From Coriobacteriaceae bacterium (lineage in GTDB: Bacteria > Actinomycetota > Coriobacteriia > Coriobacteriales > Coriobacteriaceae): 64,000 nucleotides of DNA. Under the pieces are notes generated by a model. The model was not told the DNA's origin. It searched no databases and saw nothing but the letters and a program-made list of their open reading frames with translations. A program made the translations under genes and the position numbers. Shown in pieces: positions 59,102 through 64,000 of this stretch (the first letter of the stretch is position 1; the number at the start of each line of letters is the position of its first letter). The stretch lies in the NCBI GenBank assembly GCA_905194345.1, contig CAJJRZ010000006.1, positions 8,470 to 72,469 on the forward strand, read 5' to 3'.

Positions 59102-61750
59102 CTAGCAGACGGCGTAGTCCTGAGGCTCGCGGCCGTAGTAGGCGTCCAGGTAGAGCTCCTTGATCTCGCTCATGAGCGGGTAGCGCGGGTTGGCGCCGGT
59201 GCACTGGTCGTTGAATGCCTGCTCGGTCATCTCGTCGAGGGTGTCGAGGAAGTACTGCTCGTCAACACCGTAGTCGGCGATGGTCTTCTTGACACCGATG
59301 AAGTCCTTGAGTTCCTCGAGCTTCGTGATGAAGTTCTCGAAGACCTCCTTGTCGTCCTTGCCCTCGATGCCGCAGTACTTGGCCATCTCGGCGTAGTTGT
59401 GCAGCGCGTTGGGGTAAGGATACTGGGAGAAGGTACCCATCTTGACGGGAGCCTCAGCGGCGTTGTAGCGCATGACGCGGGTCAGGATGACAGCGTTTGC
59501 GAGGCCGTGGGGCAGGTGATGGAAAGCGCCGAGCTTGTGGGCCATGGAGTGGTTGAGGCCCAGGAAGGCGTTGGCGAAGGCCATACCGGCCATGCAGGAG
59601 GCGTTGTGCATCTCCTCGCGGGCGTGCGGGTCCTTGGCGCCGTTCGTGAAGCTGGAGGGCAGGTTCTCGAAGACGAGCTTGGCAGCGCGCTCGGAGAGGC
59701 CCTTGGTGTAGTCGGAAGCCATGATGGAGACGTAGGACTCGATGGCGTGGGTCATGACGTCGATGCCGGAGGCAGCGGTCAGGCCGCGCGGGGCGGTCAT
59801 GCAGTTGTCGGCGTCAACGATAGCCATGTTGGGGAGCAGCGCGTAGTCGGCGAGCGGCCACTTGATGCCGGTCTCCTTGTCGGTGATGATGGCGAACGGC
59901 GTGCACTCGGAGCCGGTACCCGAAGAGGTCGGGACGGCGACGAAGTAGGCCTTCTTGCCCATCTCGGGGAAAGTGAAGATACGCTTGCGGATGTCCATGA
60001 AGTCCATGGCCATGTCCTCAAACTTGCACTCGGGGTGCTCGTACATCATCCACATGATCTTGCCGGCGTCCATAGCTGAGCCACCGCCGACGGCGATGAT
60101 GACGTCCGGCTCAAAGAGAGCCATCTGCTTGGCGCCGCGACGTGCGCACTGCAGCGACGGATCGGGCTCGACGTCGTAGAAGCAGTCGTGGGCGATGCCC
60201 ATCTCGTCGAGCTTGGCCTCGATGGCGCGGGTGTTGCCATTCTTGAAGAGGAACTGGTCGGTGACGATGAAGGCGCGCTTCTTGCCCATGACGGTACCGA
60301 GCTCGTCGAGAGCGACGGGCGTGGAACCCTTCTTGAAGTAGACCTTCTCGGGAGCGCGGAACCACAGCATGTTCTCACGGCGCTCGGCCACAGTCTTAAC
60401 GTTGATCAAGTGCTTCACCCCAACGTTCTCGGAGACGGAGTTGCCGCCCCAGGAGCCGCAGCCCAGGGTCAGAGACGGCTTCATGCCAAAGTTGTATAGA
60501 TCACCGATGCCGCCGTGCGAGGACGGGGTGTTGATGACGATACGGCAGGCCTTCATGACGTGCTCGAACAGGCTGATCTTCTCGGCCTGGGCGGGGTGCA
60601 CGTACAGAGAGGCGGTGTGGCCCGGGCCACCGGCGAGCACCAGGTGCTCGGCCTTGTCGACGGCCTCCTGGAAGTCCTTGGCGTGATACATGGCCAGGAC
60701 CGGGGAGAGCTTCTCGTGGGAGAACTCCTCCTTGGCGGGGTCGGTGGAGTTGACCTCGGCGATCAGGATCTTGGTCTTGGCAGGAACCTCGATGCCGGCG
60801 AGCTCGGCGATCTTGGCGGCAGCCATGCCGGGAATGCGGTGATCGAGAGCGCCGTTCTTGAACATGGCGGCACGCAGGGCCTCCATCTCGGCACCCTGCT
60901 TGACGAAGTAGCAGCCGCGCTTCTGGAACTCGGCTTTGACCTGGTCATAGATGGTGTCGATGACGGTCACGGACTGCTCGGAAGCGCAGATCATGCCGTT
61001 GTCGAAGGTCTTGGAGTGGATGATGGAGTTGACGGCGAGCAGCACGTCGGCGGTGTCGTCGATGATGACCGGGGTGTTACCGGCGCCAACGCCCAGGGCG
61101 GGCTTGCCCGAGGAGTAGGCGGCCTTGACCATGCCCGGGCCACCGGTGGCGAGGATGATGTCGACGTCACGCATGACCATGTTGGTCAGCTCGATGGAGG
61201 GGACATCGACCCAGCCGATGATGCCCTCGGGGGCGCCGGCCTTGACGGCGGCGTCAAGCACGAGCTTGGCGGCGGCGATGGTGCACTTGGCGGCTGCCGG
61301 GTGCGGGGAGATGATGATGCCGTTGCGGGTCTTCAGGCTGATCAGCGTCTTGAAGATCGCGGTGGAGGTGGGGTTGGTCGTCGGGATGACGGCGCCCACG
61401 ATGCCGATGGGCTCGGCGATCTTGGTGATGCCGTAAGCCTCGTCGCGCTCCAGAACGCCACAGGTCTTGGTGTTCTTGTAAGCGTTGTAGATGTACTCTG
61501 CGGCGTAGTGGTTCTTGATGACCTTGTCCTCAAGAACGCCGCGGCCGGTCTCCTCGATGGCCATCTTTGCCAACGGGATACGAGCCTTGTTGGCGGCCAT
61601 GGCGGCCTCATAGAAGATCTTGTCGACCTGCTCCTGCGTGTACGTAGCAAAAAGCGCCTGGGCCTCTCGCATCTGAGCGAGCTTAGCCTCAAGCGCCTCT
61701 ACGTTGTCCACAATTGCGGGAGTAGTGTTTTCCGGTGACTTTTTCACCAT
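59102..61750 (-). CDS. adhE: Bifunctional acetaldehyde-CoA/alcohol dehydrogenase
   Basis: PTTNPTSTAIFK, ATGGPGMV, FDNGMICASEQ, GCGSWGGNS linker, GGGSAMDAGK and HSMAHKLG motifs. Confidence 0.98.
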   Translation of the reverse strand: MVKKSPENTTPAIVDNVEALEAKLAQMREAQALFATYTQEQVDKIFYEAAMAANKARIPLAKMAIEETGRGVLEDKVIKNHYAAEYIYNAYKNTKTCGVLERDEAYGITKIAEPIGIVGAVIPTTNPTSTAIFKTLISLKTRNGIIISPHPAAAKCTIAAAKLVLDAAVKAGAPEGIIGWVDVPSIELTNMVMRDVDIILATGGPGMVKAAYSSGKPALGVGAGNTPVIIDDTADVLLAVNSIIHSKTFDNGMICASEQSVTVIDTIYDQVKAEFQKRGCYFVKQGAEMEALRAAMFKNGALDHRIPGMAAAKIAELAGIEVPAKTKILIAEVNSTDPAKEEFSHEKLSPVLAMYHAKDFQEAVDKAEHLVLAGGPGHTASLYVHPAQAEKISLFEHVMKACRIVINTPSSHGGIGDLYNFGMKPSLTLGCGSWGGNSVSENVGVKHLINVKTVAERRENMLWFRAPEKVYFKKGSTPVALDELGTVMGKKRAFIVTDQFLFKNGNTRAIEAKLDEMGIAHDCFYDVEPDPSLQCARRGAKQMALFEPDVIIAVGGGSAMDAGKIMWMMYEHPECKFEDMAMDFMDIRKRIFTFPEMGKKAYFVAVPTSSGTGSECTPFAIITDKETGIKWPLADYALLPNMAIVDADNCMTAPRGLTAASGIDVMTHAIESYVSIMASDYTKGLSERAAKLVFENLPSSFTNGAKDPHAREEMHNASCMAGMAFANAFLGLNHSMAHKLGAFHHLPHGLANAVILTRVMRYNAAEAPVKMGTFSQYPYPNALHNYAEMAKYCGIEGKDDKEVFENFITKLEELKDFIGVKKTIADYGVDEQYFLDTLDEMTEQAFNDQCTGANPRYPLMSEIKELYLDAYYGREPQDYAVC

Positions 61751-61842
61751 TTGTGTCTCCTTGCGATCGGAGATTTACCCTACGCCTTGCATGATAGCAA
61801 TAAATAATTCGGTAAACGGTAAGATTCCCGTAAAAGGCATAC

Positions 61843-61872
61843 TAAAACGTTTCAATCAAATGAACCGTTTCA
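61843..61872. promoter_or_regulatory. Tandem LacI-family-like operators upstream of adhE
   Basis: TAAAACGTTTCA (61843-61854) and TGAACCGTTTCA (61861-61872) near-palindromes. Confidence 0.5.
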
Positions 61873-61903
61873 ACTTAATCCATCAGCCCAATGCATCGCC
61901 CCT

Positions 61904-62162
61904 CTCATTGGGGACAGACATACATGAGTATTTCAATGGGAAAACGGGGAGAACGGGGCACCTGTTTGACAATCGCTATTCGCGGGTCGCGGTCGAGTCG
62001 GACACGCAGGCGGTCCAGTTGCTCGATTATATCCATCTCAATCCTGTGAAAGGCGCGCTCGACTCGCTCGATGCGTACCGCTGGTCAAGCTTCAAGGCAT
62101 ATCAGCTGGGCTATGATTCCTTTGACATCTGCAAACACTCATGTAAGTCTGTCCCCAATGAG
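61904..62162 (+). mobile_element. Miniature element: 26-bp inverted repeats flanking an internal fragment of a RAYT/IS200-like (HUH Y1) transposase
   Basis: CTCATTGGGGACAGACATACATGAGT (61904-61929) and ACTCATGTAAGTCTGTCCCCAATGAG (62137-62162) match at 25 of 26 positions. The interior translates YFNGKTGRTGHLFDNRY...LLDYIHLNPVKG...YRWSSF. Confidence 0.8.
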
Positions 62163-62165
62163 TGC

Positions 62166-62199
62166 AAAAAGGCGCCCTCCGTGGGGGAGGACGCCTTTG
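62166..62199 (-). terminator. Terminator downstream of rpmB
   Basis: AAAAAGGCGCCCTCC-GTGG-GGGAGGACGCCTTT. Confidence 0.7.
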
Positions 62200-62266
62200 G
62201 TAAGTTCTATACGAACGCGAGGTCTTTGACCCGGAGAGTCCGAGGTACTTGTTGGTAAGACCTTAT

Positions 62267-62455
62267 TTAGGAGCGCGCAACCTTGCCGGACTTGAGGCAG
62301 GTGGAGCAAACGTTCATCTTGCGACGGTGACCATCGACGACGACGTAAACGCGCTGGATGTTGGGGCGGAACTTACGGTTGGTGACGCGGTGAGAGTGGC
62401 TGATGGAGCGACCGGCAACGGGGTGCTTACCGCAAACTTCGCAAACTTTGGACAT
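62267..62455 (-). CDS. rpmB: 50S ribosomal protein L28 (Zn-binding C+ form)
   Basis: MSKVCEVCGK..SHSH..RKFRPNIQ..CSTCLKS. Confidence 0.97.
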   Translation of the reverse strand: MSKVCEVCGKHPVAGRSISHSHRVTNRKFRPNIQRVYVVVDGHRRKMNVCSTCLKSGKVARS

Positions 62456-62624
62456 AACTGACCCTCCTTGGGCGACAAACGAACATGTCGCGTTAACAAA
62501 CAAGCCTGAACTATAGCACAGAAGCAGCTCCCTGTGCGTAATCTACACAGAGATATTCCTCTTTTGGCGATAGTGCTCACGCCACGGCCCTGGACGTAGA
62601 TCCGATTTGCGTGCAGCAGAGGGG

Positions 62625-62653
62625 ATTATGCCAGCTCGTGCGTGCGTTTTCAA
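62625..62653 (-). promoter_or_regulatory. Distal sigma70 promoter facing rpmB
   Basis: Minus strand TTGAAA-17 bp-CATAAT with extended TG. Confidence 0.6.
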
Positions 62654-62823
62654 GCTCGTCCCACAAATATATATAGGTTTATGGAGCGCCTGCGCCCGTT
62701 TACGGATTGTTCTGTATTTATGCTCGCAATTAAGCTCGAGGTTGGCTACACTATCCCTTGACCATTAAAGGGGTACGAGATACCCACATGGAATTACATA
62801 GCTGCCAAAGAGCAGCCCTTCCT

Positions 62824-62868
62824 GTGGGTGTCTGGTCCGCTTTAAGCGGTCGGGCATCTATTTTTTTG
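62824..62868 (+). terminator. Leader terminator (attenuator) upstream of pyrR
   Basis: GU-rich stem around CCGC-TTTAA-GCGG followed by TTTTTTT, about 40 nt before the pyrR start. Confidence 0.6.
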
Positions 62869-62894
62869 ACTGTGTCAGCAGTCAAGACATGTGA

Positions 62895-63491
<597 letters not shown>

Positions 63492-63495
63492 TACC

Positions 63496-63999
63496 GTGGC
63501 GTTCAACCATAAGCACCTGATCGACATTACCGAGTACTCCGAAGAGGACATCAAGCTCATCCTCGAGACCGCCAAGGCGTTCTCTGAGGTCAACGAGCGT
63601 GCGATCAAGAAGGTCCCCACGCTCAAGGGCAAGACCATCGTCAACATGTTCAACGAGCCCTCGACGCGCACCCGCAGCTCCTTCGAGCTCGCCGAGAAGC
63701 GCCTTTCGGCCGACAGCCTCAACTTTGGCGGCTCCTCGACCTCCACGGTCAAGGGCGAGAGCCTCGTCGACACCGTCGAGACCCTCAACGCCTACAAGAT
63801 TGATTGCATCGTCGTTCGCGATAAGCACGCCGGTGCTCCCTACATCGTCACGCAGAACTCGCCCGCGAGCGTCATCTGCGCCGGCGACGGCAAGCACAAC
63901 CACCCCACGCAGGCCCTGCTCGACCTGTACACCATCTGGGAGCACAAGGGTGACTTCCACGGTCTGAAGGTCGCCGTCGTCGGCGATATCGCGCACTCC
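63496..63999 (+). CDS. pyrB: Aspartate carbamoyltransferase (truncated by window edge)
   Basis: Hand translation from GTG 63496: MAFNHKHLIDI...FNEPSTRTRSSFE...KGESL.DT...AGDG.H.HPTQALLD...VGDIAHS. Confidence 0.95.
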   Translation, partial: MAFNHKHLIDITEYSEEDIKLILETAKAFSEVNERAIKKVPTLKGKTIVNMFNEPSTRTRSSFELAEKRLSADSLNFGGSSTSTVKGESLVDTVETLNAYKIDCIVVRDKHAGAPYIVTQNSPASVICAGDGKHNHPTQALLDLYTIWEHKGDFHGLKVAVVGDIAHS

Positions 64000-64000
64000 C

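Noticed and set aside
61704..62258. 184-aa ORF as an intact transposase
   Set aside because: Only the part inside the inverted repeats resembles RAYT. The N-terminus overlaps adhE and its promoter and lacks the HUH motif.

Overview
High-GC core-genome window from a Coriobacteriia gut actinobacterium. The Collinsella-like assignment is an inference from gene content: MreBCD, GlyQ/GlyS, PPDK, AdhE and TrmFO in a high-GC background. In order it holds a two-gene accessory module cut by the left edge (DUF4869-like protein plus P-loop ATPase with a TOPRIM-like tail), a complete shikimate/Phe/Tyr supraoperon (aroF-tyrA-aroB-aroA-aroC-pheA-aroE/K fusion-aroQ), tRNA-Arg(CCG) and a P-type ATPase. Then come Zn-ribbon, PPIase and TPR genes, mreBCD-pbp2-rodA with a radical SAM pair, rplU-rpmA-obgE-nadD-yqeK-rsfS, dinB, rpsP-khpA-rimM-trmD-lepB, glyQS, a PPDK regulator with ppdK, rplS and rnhB. 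Next are yraN-comM(frameshifted)-dprA-trmFO-xerC, rpsB-tsf-pyrH-frr-uppS-cdsA-dxr-rseP-ispG-proS, adhE followed by a kinase-fold gene, a 259-bp inverted-repeat-bounded remnant of a RAYT/Y1 transposase, rpmB and pyrR-pyrB (truncated). Best candidates for new biology: (1) the left-edge pair, which looks like a split, asymmetric ABC-ATPase/TOPRIM (OLD-like) nuclease system; (2) an RseP protease with an embedded winged-helix insert; (3) an adhE-linked kinase-fold protein and a motif shared by the ppdK and adhE upstream regions; (4) the RAYT mini-element and related dispersed repeats; (5) a microhomology-type deletion that breaks comM. All family calls come from motif recognition by eye; no database searches were run.
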